Shown piece after piece: positions 55,596-64,000 of a DNA stretch of 64,000 bases (the first letter of the stretch is position 1; each line of letters opens with the position of its first letter). The position numbers were made by a program, and so were the translations under genes. The notes under the pieces are model-generated. The model saw only the letters and a program-made list of their open reading frames with translations. It did not search any database and was not told the DNA's origin. The DNA comes from Oscillospiraceae bacterium (GTDB taxonomy: Bacteria; Bacillota; Clostridia; Oscillospirales; QAMX01), in NCBI GenBank assembly GCA_015067705.1, contig SVLW01000005.1:14666-78665 (forward strand). The letters run 5' to 3'.

Positions 55596-55763
55596 TCAGC
55601 CGCGGAATACACAGCCGATATCGTCCACAAGATCCCCCATGGATTTCAGTGCGCGGCTGACGCGCTTTCTGGGGTTCTGCTTATGGCTCATGGGAATGGC
55701 CACCATAGCCACCGCGGAACCCAGGACGAGGCCCGCCGCCGCACCTTTTACAAACTGATTCAT
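55596..55763 (-). CDS. candidate 55-aa small membrane protein (below the ORF-track size cut-off)
   Basis: The minus strand reads GGAGGTGCGAATTG-ATG, then MNQFVKGAAAGLVLGSAVAMVAIPMSHKQNPRKRVSRALKSMGDLVDDIGCVFRG with a stop at 55596-55598. It has a strong RBS and one TM helix. Confidence 0.4.
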   Translation of the reverse strand: MNQFVKGAAAGLVLGSAVAMVAIPMSHKQNPRKRVSRALKSMGDLVDDIGCVFRG

Positions 55764-55898
55764 CAATTCGCACCTCCGCTTTCGTTTGCAGCATTAGTAT
55801 TGCCCGTTTTGCATATCGTATCACGGTAGATTCTGTCTCTTGCTGCGAAGAACGCTTCTATTTCCAAATTTATCAATTTTCGAGGAGACCAAAAAGCC

Positions 55899-57164
55899 AT
55901 GGCTGAAGTCAGACCCTTTCGTGCAATGATGTACCATGCGCAGAACGCGGAATTCGCCGCGCTCTGCTGTCCGCCCTATGATATCATTCCCCCTGCCCGT
56001 CAGGAGCAGCTTTATCGGGAGAATCCCGCCAATGCCATCCATCTGGAGCTGGCCCCCGGCGACGGAGCCGCCCGTTATGCAAATGCCGCCGCTACGCTGA
56101 AAACCTGGCTGTCCGACGGCACGCTGGAGATCCGGGAGCAGGATGCCTTTTATATTTACGAAGAGGCCTTCACCGTGGCAGGGCGTGACTATTCCCTGCG
56201 GGGCGTAATCGCCCGCGTGACGCTGGAGGAGTTTTCCAAGGGCATCGTCCTGCCCCACGAGGAGACCCTCTCCAAGGCAAAGCAGGACCGCTTTGACCTG
56301 ATGTGTGCCACCGGCTGTAATTTCAGTCAGGTGTATTCCATGTATATCGACGACGAGCACACCATCACGCCCCAGATCGACGCCATGGCGGATCGCCGTC
56401 CGGACATCGAGTTCACGTATTCCGACGGCGTCACCCATCGTTTGTGGATCGAAACCGATGCGGCAAAGTGCGCCGCGCTCACCGATGCCTTTGCCGGACA
56501 CTCCCTCTTCATCGCCGACGGCCATCATCGCTATGAGACCGGCCTGCATTACCGCGACCATCTGCGGGAAACCGTGGGCTTTGCCGACAATGCGGACGCC
56601 ATTATGATGATGCTCATTGATATTGACCATCCGGGCCTTGTGGTGCTGCCCACCCATCGCGTGCTCTTTGATCTGCCGGAATTCTCCGCAGAAAAGACGC
56701 TGGCCGCGCTTTCGGACACCTTCTCCGTGCAGGAGATCCCCGCCGGGGAGATCGAGTCCGCCCTGGCCGGACAGGATACCCCTGCCTTTGCCTTCTATGC
56801 GGAGAATCGCGCATGGATGCTGCGCCTCCGGGACTTTGACGCCATGGAAAAGGCCGCGCCGGAGCGTTCCGACGCCTATCGCGGTCTGGACGTGGCGGTG
56901 CTGCACAGCCTGATTCTGGAGCCCTGCTTCGGCATCGACCGGGAAAACATGGCACAGGGCAAGAATCTGCGCTATACCCGTGACCCCGGTGAGGCCATGG
57001 CGGAAGTGGATTCCGGTGCCGCACAGGCCGCATTCATCATCAATCCTACCCGCGTGCGCCAGATCAAGGACGTGGCCATGGCCGGCGACAAAATGCCGCA
57101 GAAGTCCACCTATTTCTATCCCAAGATCATCACCGGTCTGGTCTTTAACCATTTCGGGTATTAA
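55899..57164 (+). CDS. DUF1015-domain protein
   Basis: 421 aa. MAEVRPFRAMMY...PPYDII...LFIADGHHRYET are typical DUF1015 blocks. Confidence 0.8.
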   Translation: MAEVRPFRAMMYHAQNAEFAALCCPPYDIIPPARQEQLYRENPANAIHLELAPGDGAARYANAAATLKTWLSDGTLEIREQDAFYIYEEAFTVAGRDYSLRGVIARVTLEEFSKGIVLPHEETLSKAKQDRFDLMCATGCNFSQVYSMYIDDEHTITPQIDAMADRRPDIEFTYSDGVTHRLWIETDAAKCAALTDAFAGHSLFIADGHHRYETGLHYRDHLRETVGFADNADAIMMMLIDIDHPGLVVLPTHRVLFDLPEFSAEKTLAALSDTFSVQEIPAGEIESALAGQDTPAFAFYAENRAWMLRLRDFDAMEKAAPERSDAYRGLDVAVLHSLILEPCFGIDRENMAQGKNLRYTRDPGEAMAEVDSGAAQAAFIINPTRVRQIKDVAMAGDKMPQKSTYFYPKIITGLVFNHFGY

Positions 57165-57182
57165 GGAATGTGAGGCAAACAT

Positions 57183-57596
57183 ATGTGGTTGATCCTGGCG
57201 CTTTTGTCCTCTGTTTTTGCTGCTCTGACTTCTATTCTGGCTAAGATCGGCATTACCGGAGTAAATTCCAATCTGGCCACGGCCATTCGCACAGGTGTTG
57301 TGCTGGTGATGTCCTGGGGCATGGTGGTTCTCACAAATGCCCAGAGCGGGCTCTCTGAGATCAGCCGACGCAGTTGGCTGTTTCTGATTCTGTCCGGCAT
57401 CGCGACCGGCCTGTCCTGGCTCTGTTATTATCGCGCCCTGCAGCTTGGCGAGGCGTCCAAGGTCGTGCCCATTGATAAACTCAGTGTCGTATTCACACTG
57501 ATAATGGCTTTTGTTTTCCTGCATGAGGAATTTACAGTCAAATCGCTGATCGGCAGTATTTTGCTTGCCGCAGGCACCCTGGTTATGGTATTATAA
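57183..57596 (+). CDS. small EamA-domain (DMT superfamily) membrane protein
   Basis: 137 aa with 4-5 TM helices and a single EamA repeat. Lies 18 nt after the DUF1015 gene. Confidence 0.7.
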   Translation: MWLILALLSSVFAALTSILAKIGITGVNSNLATAIRTGVVLVMSWGMVVLTNAQSGLSEISRRSWLFLILSGIATGLSWLCYYRALQLGEASKVVPIDKLSVVFTLIMAFVFLHEEFTVKSLIGSILLAAGTLVMVL

Positions 57597-57621
57597 AGAA
57601 GATCAGACACTCTGCATTTTT

Positions 57622-57658
57622 ATCACCTGCCTGTTTTGGGCAGGTGATTGCTGTTTTT
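57622..57658 (+). terminator. intrinsic terminator
   Basis: ATCACCTGCC-TGTTTTG-GGCAGGTGAT followed by TGCTGTTTTT. Confidence 0.75.
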
Positions 57659-57706
57659 CCGATAGTTTGCCGAAAGTAACTGTGCAGAAAGGATTCCGGT
57701 GATCGT

Positions 57707-58873
57707 ATGTTTTCTCTTCTTTCCCGTATATTCATCAAACAGCCTGAGGACTATGCCTCCCCTGCTGTGCGCCGGGCTTATGGGATGCTGGCCAGTTTTC
57801 TGGGCATCGCACTCAACGTTCTGCTCTTTTTAGGAAAATATCTGGCGGGCGCCGCCTCCGGCTCCATCGCCGTCATGAGCGATGCCTTCAATAATCTTTC
57901 CGATGCCGCCTCCTCTGTGGTGACGCTCATCGGGTTCCGGGCCGCCGGGAAACAGGCGGATGAGGATCATCCCTTCGGCCATGGCCGCATGGAGTATATC
58001 GCCGGATTTGTCGTGTCCATGATCATCATTCTCCTGGGCTTTGAGCTGGGCAAGTCCGCGGTGCAGAAGATCCTCTCGCCGGAGCCTGCGGAGACCAGTG
58101 CGCTCACGATTGTCATTCTGGTGGTGTCGGTCTGTGTGAAACTCTACATGAGTTTCTATAACCGCCGCATTGCCGCCCGTATTGACTCCGCCGCCATGCG
58201 CGCCACCGCAACGGACAGTCTCTCCGACGCCGTTGCCACCACGGTGGTGCTCATCGCCATTCTGGTGATGCATGTCACCGGCGTGAATATCGACGGTTGG
58301 TGCGGTCTTTTGGTGGCGGGATTCATCCTCTACGCCGGGTATCACGCCGCCCGGGACACCATCAGTCCCCTACTGGGCAATCCGCCCAGCGCGGAATTTG
58401 TCTATCAGGTGGAGGAGATCGTCATGGCCCACGAGGAAGTGGTGGGCATGCACGACCTGATCGTTCACAATTACGGCCCCGGCAGAGTCCTGGTCTCCCT
58501 CCACGGTGAGGTCAGCGGCGACGGAGACATCTTCCTCCTCCACGACCAGATCGACCTCATCGAGCGGGAACTGGAGGAAAAACTCCACTGCGAAGCCACC
58601 ATCCACATGGATCCCATCGAGACCGATAATGAGGAAATCGCCCGCCTGCGGGTGCTGGTGAGCACCCTGGCCCGGGAGATTCATCCCGAGCTCACCATCC
58701 ACGATTTCCGCATGGTCAGCGGCAAAACCCATACCAATCTGATCTTTGACGTGGTGGCGCCCCACACGCTTCGACTCTCCGATCAGGAAGTGGAGCATCA
58801 GCTGACAGAGAAAATCCGGGCGGCGGATGCCCAGTATTTTGCCGTGATCCGGGTGGATCGGGCGTACAGTTAA
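57707..58873 (+). CDS. cation diffusion facilitator (CDF) family transporter
   Basis: 388 aa with 6 TM helices carrying SDAFNNLSDA and HxxxD-type sites, plus a C-terminal cytoplasmic domain. Confidence 0.85.
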   Translation: MFSLLSRIFIKQPEDYASPAVRRAYGMLASFLGIALNVLLFLGKYLAGAASGSIAVMSDAFNNLSDAASSVVTLIGFRAAGKQADEDHPFGHGRMEYIAGFVVSMIIILLGFELGKSAVQKILSPEPAETSALTIVILVVSVCVKLYMSFYNRRIAARIDSAAMRATATDSLSDAVATTVVLIAILVMHVTGVNIDGWCGLLVAGFILYAGYHAARDTISPLLGNPPSAEFVYQVEEIVMAHEEVVGMHDLIVHNYGPGRVLVSLHGEVSGDGDIFLLHDQIDLIERELEEKLHCEATIHMDPIETDNEEIARLRVLVSTLAREIHPELTIHDFRMVSGKTHTNLIFDVVAPHTLRLSDQEVEHQLTEKIRAADAQYFAVIRVDRAYS

Positions 58874-58876
58874 GAG

Positions 58877-58919
58877 AAAACGGAACCCTGCAGGCATGAG
58901 CCGCAGGGTTCCGTTTTTT
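58877..58919. terminator. bidirectional terminator
   Basis: AACGGAACCCTGC-N11-GCAGGGTTCCGTT, flanked by AAAA upstream and TTTTTT downstream. Confidence 0.8.
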
Positions 58920-59684
58920 CTATAATTTGATTGCCTTGGTGGCGATGGATGTCGAAATATACGAATCCAGTGCCGTGCCGCCAATGTCCTCATAAAACCC
59001 GACAATGGCAAATCCTGCCGCGATCTGGCCCTGGATCTGATCCTCTAGGGTATGGCTCCAGAGATATCCGCCGCTTTCCACGATTCGTCTGGTTTCTGGA
59101 TCGTCCATGTGATCGATATCGGCATAGGGGATCTGATTTTCCACCACAAAAATTCCCTGTTCCAATTTCCCGGCGTTGAAAATATATTCGATGGGGTTGC
59201 CGAAACCCGACAGCAGAAGGCCGTTTGGCTTCAGCACTCTCCCGCATTCTTTCCACACCGGCAGAACATCGTCGATATACCCATTCGACCAGGGATGGAT
59301 GATCAGGTCAAAGGACTCCGCCTCAAACACGGACAGATCCTGCATATTGCCCTGAATCGTATGGATCGTCAGATGATCCCGCGCCGCCACCAGATGCTCT
59401 TTTTCCAACTGTTTCAGGCTATTGTCAAACACCGTGACGTCCGCACCGGCCGCCGCCAGGATCGGCCCCTGCTGTCCGCCGCCACCGGCCAGGCATAAGA
59501 CCTTTTTGCCGGAAAGTGTCTCCGGGAACCAGTCCCGGGGAACCGGCTTCGTCGGCGTCAGCAGAATACTCCAGTCGCCCTCACGGGCGCGCTGCACGTC
59601 TTCGCTGGTGACAGGGATGGACCAGGTATCCATATTTTCGGACCTTTCATCCCAGATTTTGCTGTTTTCTGCAATATACTGCAT
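58920..59684 (-). CDS. class I SAM-dependent methyltransferase
   Basis: 254 aa. Motif I VLCLAGGGGQQGPILAAAGADVTVFDNS. Confidence 0.75.
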   Translation of the reverse strand: MQYIAENSKIWDERSENMDTWSIPVTSEDVQRAREGDWSILLTPTKPVPRDWFPETLSGKKVLCLAGGGGQQGPILAAAGADVTVFDNSLKQLEKEHLVAARDHLTIHTIQGNMQDLSVFEAESFDLIIHPWSNGYIDDVLPVWKECGRVLKPNGLLLSGFGNPIEYIFNAGKLEQGIFVVENQIPYADIDHMDDPETRRIVESGGYLWSHTLEDQIQGQIAAGFAIVGFYEDIGGTALDSYISTSIATKAIKL

Positions 59685-59702
59685 AGAAATTCCTTTCGCG
59701 CG

Positions 59703-61025
59703 TTACTGTGCCGTCTGCACCTCCGCACAGGCGTCCGGGATCTTCGTGCGATCCACCACGCCCCAGAAGGCGGGCTTTGCATTCATCTGGCGGTCGAAGA
59801 GCAGCGGTGCATTCACACGGCCGGAGACGGGATAGTTATCCAGCCAGCTTCTGCCGTCATAGACGCCCCAGGTCACCACCATGTCGAGGTTGCCCTTCTC
59901 CGCCTGGCGGCGGAACATATCGAAAAGATCCGCATAGCGCGTGGCAAGCTCCGCCTGCAGCTGCGGGGTCATTTCCTTGATCTTGGACTGGTCATCCCAG
60001 GCAAAGATGGACACATCAAGCTCCGTGATCTGCACCTTGAAATCGGGATTGTACTCTTTCAAAGAGGCCAGTTTTTCAATGGCTTTCTCAAAGGTGGCAA
60101 CAGAGGGCCAGCCGATCTGGATATGCGCCTGGATACCGGCGCCATCAATGGGCACACCCTTTTCCAGCATGCCCTTAACAGACTCATAGAAACTGTCCAG
60201 CTTCGCGTCGCCGTTTTCCAGAGAATAGTCATTGATGATGAGCTGGGCATCCGGGTCGGCGGCGTCCGCCAGATAGAATGCCTGCTCGATATAGTCGTTG
60301 AGATTGCCGTCGCCGTCCAGATCACCGATGATGGCGGCGTACTGAGAGCCCTCGTCCTCCATACGCAGACCCTTGCCCTGGTCGGAGAATGCCTCGTTCA
60401 CCACGTCCCACACGGCCACGCGGCCCTGATAGCGGGTCATCACTTCGGTGATATAGGTCTCCATGCGGGACAGGAGTTCCTCTCGTGTGGCACGGCCATT
60501 CTCTCCGCTGCCGCGGAACCACCAGTCCGGCGCCTGAGAATGCCAGATCAGGGTGTGACCGCGCAGAGTGGCCCCCACCTCCTCGCCGAACGCTACAAAC
60601 TGATCCGGCGCGGTGAAGTTGAACGTGCCCTCGGCGGGATTGACATACATGGGCTTCATTTCGTTTTCGGTTACGAATACGTTATAGTGTTTTGTAACGG
60701 TACGATAAAAATCCGTATCGGGTTTTAACTGATCGGTATTGACCGCAGCGCCCACTTTGAAAAGACCGTCAAAGCTCTCCCAGAGAGAGGGCAGCGCTTC
60801 GTCCCAGGCCGGCAGCAGATACTGCGGCGCCGCGGGTTCTTCCACAGGCTCCTCTTCGGGCTCTTCCACAGGTTCCGGAGCCTCCTCCGGGGTCCCGGCG
60901 ATGTCCGCGGGGGATTCTGCTTCCGCTGCGGCTGCGTCGTCCGGGTTCTCCTCTTTCGGCACGGAGCAGGCGGAAAGCAGCAGGAAAAGCGCCAGAAGCA
61001 GTGCCAGATAATTCCGTTTATGCAT
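59703..61025 (-). CDS. GH10 endo-1,4-beta-xylanase lipoprotein
   Basis: Lipobox LLLSAC, GHTLIWHSQ, WDVVNEAF (acid/base Glu) and ITELDV (nucleophile Glu). The ATG at 61025 has a GGGAGGA RBS. Confidence 0.85.
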   Translation of the reverse strand: MHKRNYLALLLALFLLLSACSVPKEENPDDAAAAEAESPADIAGTPEEAPEPVEEPEEEPVEEPAAPQYLLPAWDEALPSLWESFDGLFKVGAAVNTDQLKPDTDFYRTVTKHYNVFVTENEMKPMYVNPAEGTFNFTAPDQFVAFGEEVGATLRGHTLIWHSQAPDWWFRGSGENGRATREELLSRMETYITEVMTRYQGRVAVWDVVNEAFSDQGKGLRMEDEGSQYAAIIGDLDGDGNLNDYIEQAFYLADAADPDAQLIINDYSLENGDAKLDSFYESVKGMLEKGVPIDGAGIQAHIQIGWPSVATFEKAIEKLASLKEYNPDFKVQITELDVSIFAWDDQSKIKEMTPQLQAELATRYADLFDMFRRQAEKGNLDMVVTWGVYDGRSWLDNYPVSGRVNAPLLFDRQMNAKPAFWGVVDRTKIPDACAEVQTAQ

Positions 61026-61149
61026 GATGATTCCTCCCAAAATGCTGGTTTATTTTGTTATTATACCGGAATCATCCGGCAAAGTAAAGGAAAACCGGGG
61101 AGTTTTGTCCCGATATTTCGACAATATGAACGAATTATTACCATCCCTC

Positions 61150-61178
61150 TTGACAGCATATTCATTTTCCGCTAAGAT
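61150..61178 (+). promoter_or_regulatory. promoter of the riboswitch-AGCS unit
   Basis: TTGACA (61150-61155), 17 nt of spacer, then TAAGAT (61173-61178). Confidence 0.55.
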
Positions 61179-61211
61179 ATTTTTATCACAATTTGATATG
61201 TGCTATATGAT

Positions 61212-61377
61212 GTATGCAGGAAAAGGCTTTCGGGCCGCCGAAGGAGTAACACTCTCAGGTGACAGAGCATTCTGTCGGGACTGTATGCGGATAGTACTCC
61301 GGAGAAGCTGCGTTCACCGCAGTGCCGAAGGTGCAACAGCGTTCACTCGCTGAAATCTCTCAGGCAAAAGGACGGAG
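61212..61377 (+). promoter_or_regulatory. glycine riboswitch, tandem architecture
   Basis: Aptamer 2 (61297-61377) reads CUCCGGAGAAGCUGCG..CCGCAGUGCCGAAGGUGCAACAGCG..CGCUGAAAUCUCUCAGGCAAAAGGACGGAG, which is canonical. Aptamer 1 (61212-61288) reads ..GCCGCCGAAGGAGUAACACUCUCAGG-[hairpin]-GGGAC and is closed by GUAUGCAG paired with CUGUAUGC. Confidence 0.85.
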
Positions 61378-61432
61378 AAACCCATCAGATTGATGCTGCA
61401 GCTTTGCAGTATTTGTTTGATCCCGTGTTTTT

Positions 61433-61469
61433 GAGAGAGAATTTGCCGTTGGCGGATTCTCTCTTTTTT
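61433..61469 (+). terminator. riboswitch expression-platform terminator
   Basis: GAGAGAGAAT-N13-ATTCTCTCT followed by TTTTT. It lies 38 nt upstream of the AGGAGG RBS. Confidence 0.75.
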
Positions 61470-61506
61470 ACTTTGGCACGTGTCATAAATTCTAGGAGGT
61501 TTATCC

Positions 61507-63027
61507 ATGGAAAACTTTTTGAGCAAGGTCGCTGAGATCAACAGCGCCGTCAACAATGTGGTCTGGGGCATTCCCGCGCTGGCGCTTCTGATCGGCACCG
61601 GTATTCTTATGACCATTCTGACGAAGGGCTTCCAGTTCACCCGCTTCGGTCACATGATCCGCGAGACGCTGGGCGGCCTCTTCCGCAAGAAGGACGTCAT
61701 GAAGAGCGACGACCGCAACTCCATTTCCCAGTTCCAGGCACTCTGCACCGCACTGTCCGCCACCATCGGCACCGGTAATATCGCCGGTATCGCCTACGCC
61801 ATCACCATGGGCGGCCCCGGCGCCGTGTTCTGGATGTGGGTGGCCGCCATCTTTGGCATGATGACCAACTACTCCGAAAACGTGCTGGGTATCTTCTTCC
61901 GCCGCCGCAACAAGGACGGCGAGTGGAGCGGCGGCGCCATGTACTATCTCCGCGACGGCCTTGGCAGCAAAAAGGGCTGTAAGCAGATCGGCGCGGTGCT
62001 GGCGGTACTCTTCTCCGTTTTTGCAATCGTTGCTTCCTTCGGTATCGGCAATATGGGTCAGGTGGCCTCCATCCGTGAGAGCATTGCCGGCCTGGGCTCC
62101 TTCACCGGCAACGCCACCATTGACAGCCTCGTGGTGGGTGCAGTGGTCATGATTGCCGTGGCGCTGGTGGTTCTGGGCGGTCTGCATCGTATCGCCAAGG
62201 CAAACGAAAAGATCGTGCCCTTTATGTCCGTGTTCTACATCATCGGCGCCCTGATCATTGTCTTTATGCACGTGGATCAGGTGGGCCCCGCTTTCCGCTC
62301 CATTTTTGTGGGCGCCTTCAACATGAAGGCCGTGGCCGGCGGCGTCGGCGGCGCCGTCATTATGCAGGCCATCACCTGGGGCTTCAAGCGCGGCGTGTTC
62401 TCCAACGAAGCCGGTCTCGGTTCCTCCGTTATGGTGCACTCCAATTCAAACGTCAAGGAGCCGGTCACCCAGGGTCTCTGGGGTATCTTTGAGGTGTTTG
62501 TGGACACCATCATCGTCTGCACCCTGACTGCACTCGTCATTCTCACCACCGGCATCGTGGATCTGGAGACCGGCGCATCCCTCTCCGGCGCCACCAAGCT
62601 GGGTCTTGCCACCGAGGCATTCACCAATTCCTTTGGCACCTTCGGCGGTATCTTCATCGCCATCGCCATCACCCTCTTCGCCTTCTCCACCGTCCTTGGC
62701 TGGAGCCATTACGGCAGCAAGGCCTGGGAGTATCTCTTCGGCACCAAGTCCATCGTGGTGTACCGTGTGGTCTTTATCATCGTGGTTCTGGTCGGTTCTG
62801 TCCTGAGCGCAGACCTGGTCATCGACCTGTCCGATACCTTTAACGGTCTCATGGCCATCCCGAACCTGATCGGCGTCATCACCATGTCCGGTACGGTTCT
62901 CGCCATCACGAAGAACTACTCCGAACGGAAACTCGGCAAAACCCCGAAGAACGTAAAGCCCATGCTCTCCGCCTTCGAAGATATCCAGGCAGAACAGGAA
63001 GCTGCCATCAAGGCTGAGGAAAAGTAA
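61507..63027 (+). CDS. alanine/glycine:cation symporter (AGCS family)
   Basis: 506 aa. TIGTGNIAGIAYAITMGGPGAVFWMWV and SNEAGLGSS blocks. Confidence 0.9.
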   Translation: MENFLSKVAEINSAVNNVVWGIPALALLIGTGILMTILTKGFQFTRFGHMIRETLGGLFRKKDVMKSDDRNSISQFQALCTALSATIGTGNIAGIAYAITMGGPGAVFWMWVAAIFGMMTNYSENVLGIFFRRRNKDGEWSGGAMYYLRDGLGSKKGCKQIGAVLAVLFSVFAIVASFGIGNMGQVASIRESIAGLGSFTGNATIDSLVVGAVVMIAVALVVLGGLHRIAKANEKIVPFMSVFYIIGALIIVFMHVDQVGPAFRSIFVGAFNMKAVAGGVGGAVIMQAITWGFKRGVFSNEAGLGSSVMVHSNSNVKEPVTQGLWGIFEVFVDTIIVCTLTALVILTTGIVDLETGASLSGATKLGLATEAFTNSFGTFGGIFIAIAITLFAFSTVLGWSHYGSKAWEYLFGTKSIVVYRVVFIIVVLVGSVLSADLVIDLSDTFNGLMAIPNLIGVITMSGTVLAITKNYSERKLGKTPKNVKPMLSAFEDIQAEQEAAIKAEEK

Positions 63028-63036
63028 GAAAAACCG

Positions 63037-63076
63037 CAAAAAGCCTTCGCACAATGCATTGTGCGAAGGCTTTTTT
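63037..63076. terminator. bidirectional terminator
   Basis: AAAAAGCCTTCGCACAATG paired with CATTGTGCGAAGGCTTTTTT, a 16-bp perfect palindrome. Confidence 0.8.
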
Positions 63077-63530
63077 ATATGGGTTCTTCCAAAATATACC
63101 GCTGCACGCGCAGGCCGTTTTTCTCGTAGAAGCGGATGGCGGTCTCGTTGAAGGCCCAGACATTTAATTCCAGCCGGGTACAGCCCTGGCGTCTGCCATA
63201 ATCGCGGGCGGCCGCGAGAAGCGCCGAACCCACGCCACGGCCCCGGGCGGATTCCTCCACGATGAGATCATCGATCCACAGGATCCCGGCCGGCTGACCC
63301 CGATAGCCCCGTACTTTGCCCATGATCATGCCCTGCACGGTGCCGTCCTCGTCCTCTGCCACCAGAATCAGGCCGTTATCGCCGATCAGTGCTGCGGCAA
63401 CCGGCATGGTATCCGCGGCGAGGGAGGCAAACACATCGGGGCGGGCGGTCCGGTGCAGCTCCGCAAGACTGCGATAGAGGGCATTCACCCGGGCGGCGTC
63501 CGTCATCTCCGCCATTCTCACGGTAATCAT
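63075..63530 (-). CDS. GNAT-family N-acetyltransferase
   Basis: 151 aa. The acetyl-CoA motif is RGRGVGSALLAAA. Confidence 0.8.
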   Translation of the reverse strand: MITVRMAEMTDAARVNALYRSLAELHRTARPDVFASLAADTMPVAAALIGDNGLILVAEDEDGTVQGMIMGKVRGYRGQPAGILWIDDLIVEESARGRGVGSALLAAARDYGRRQGCTRLELNVWAFNETAIRFYEKNGLRVQRYILEEPI

Positions 63531-63536
63531 TGGCCG

Positions 63537-64000
63537 TCACTTCCTTTCGGGCGTATAATCAATTCCCGCCCGGCGCGCCTGTTCGCCGATGCGGTCGTGT
63601 GCGATGTGATAGAGGCGGCCGTCCTTCCGAAAGGACGCGCCGGTTTGTTTGAAGGTAAAGCGCACGCCGCGGCGGATGCACTGCTCTCTTAAACCAAGCA
63701 CCCAGTCATAGTCACAGATCCGGGACTCCGGGCCGGACTCTCCGCCCACGGTAACGCCCTCGATCCAGGCACCTAAGAACCGCTCCAGATCAATGGGCTC
63801 CAGAAGCGGTTCGCACACCAGTTCCCGGTGACGAATGGGCGCTTCCAGAAAAAGCGGCAGACGGCGCTCCGCCATGGCCTGGTTCTCCACGGTGCAGGCA
63901 ATGGTCACATTTTCATAGCCCGCGCCCCAATCTTCCGGCAGCGCCACGGAAAAACGGTCAATACGCTTGGTCACAAAGAAGAAGTGCAGGTCCCGGCGCT
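63537..64000 (-). CDS. DUF5131 / phage Gp37-Gp68-like protein (C-terminal part; N-terminus beyond the window end)
   Basis: The frame stays open upstream of the tracked GTG at 63974 (..RRDLHFFFVTKRIDRF..). FxxLTKR-like and C-terminal FKQTG blocks recall the PF07505 family. Confidence 0.55.
   Translation of the reverse strand, partial: RRDLHFFFVTKRIDRFSVALPEDWGAGYENVTIACTVENQAMAERRLPLFLEAPIRHRELVCEPLLEPIDLERFLGAWIEGVTVGGESGPESRICDYDWVLGLREQCIRRGVRFTFKQTGASFRKDGRLYHIAHDRIGEQARRAGIDYTPERK

Noticed and set aside
52455-55630. Long ORFs 52455..54092 (+, 545 aa) and 54236..55630 (-, 464 aa).
   Set aside because: They are antisense to the P-loop and D,D-carboxypeptidase genes and to mtaB respectively. 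Composition is biased and there are no recognisable domains.
55821-57524. A 567-aa minus-strand ORF antisense to the DUF1015 and EamA genes.
   Set aside because: Same shadow-frame signature: G/H/R/Q-rich, no motifs, and overlapping well-supported plus-strand genes.
1-64000. A window-wide scan for CRISPR repeats, cas genes, integrases or transposases, reverse transcriptases, restriction-modification or other defence hallmarks, rRNA and tRNA genes.
   Set aside because: None was found by eye. No regularly spaced direct repeats were seen, and no ORF has recombinase, RT, nuclease-helicase or methyltransferase-endonuclease signatures. The only methyltransferase is a small-molecule or class I type next to a xylanase.

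Overview
This 64-kb window looks like a chromosomal segment of a GC-rich (about 60%) Firmicutes/Clostridia-type genome. That assignment is inferred from gene content: Prp-processed L27, WhiA, HprK, a MecA-like adaptor, a Na+-pumping biotin decarboxylase, and ydaO-class and glycine riboswitches. About 70 protein genes can be supported, most of them housekeeping and most on the minus strand. They include trpB, asnS, leuA/cimA, ispA, xseAB, nusB, dnaE, whiA, murB, hprK, tadA, efp, obg, rplU-prp-rpmA and mtaB. I saw no rRNA or tRNA genes, no CRISPR array, and no integrase, transposase, phage, reverse-transcriptase or restriction genes. There is therefore no evidence for a classical defence or mobile island. 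The only toxin-antitoxin-like module is an MNT/HEPN pair.

The items most worth a second look are:
- An apparently intact c-di-AMP (ydaO-class) riboswitch with its own promoter and a complete terminator/antiterminator platform but no downstream gene. It is convergent on a ttcA-like gene.
- A translationally coupled operon (ABC importer plus HydE/BioB-like radical SAM enzyme) next to a Crp/Fnr-family regulator. A shared GTTGC-N4-GCAAC palindrome is centred at about -41.5 of the predicted operon promoter and over the -35 box of the regulator's own predicted promoter.
- A roughly 265-bp nested imperfect palindrome built from REP-like GCTTACGGGCC units, lying between convergent genes.
- Several small or uncharacterised proteins: a mini P-loop ATPase, a poly-acidic zinc-ribbon protein after efp, a TsaD/Kae1 paralogue, and an untracked 55-aa membrane peptide.

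The many long ORFs antisense to clearly conserved genes are GC-driven shadow frames and were rejected. All family calls rest on motifs read from the translations and on recalled consensus sequences. No database search was possible.
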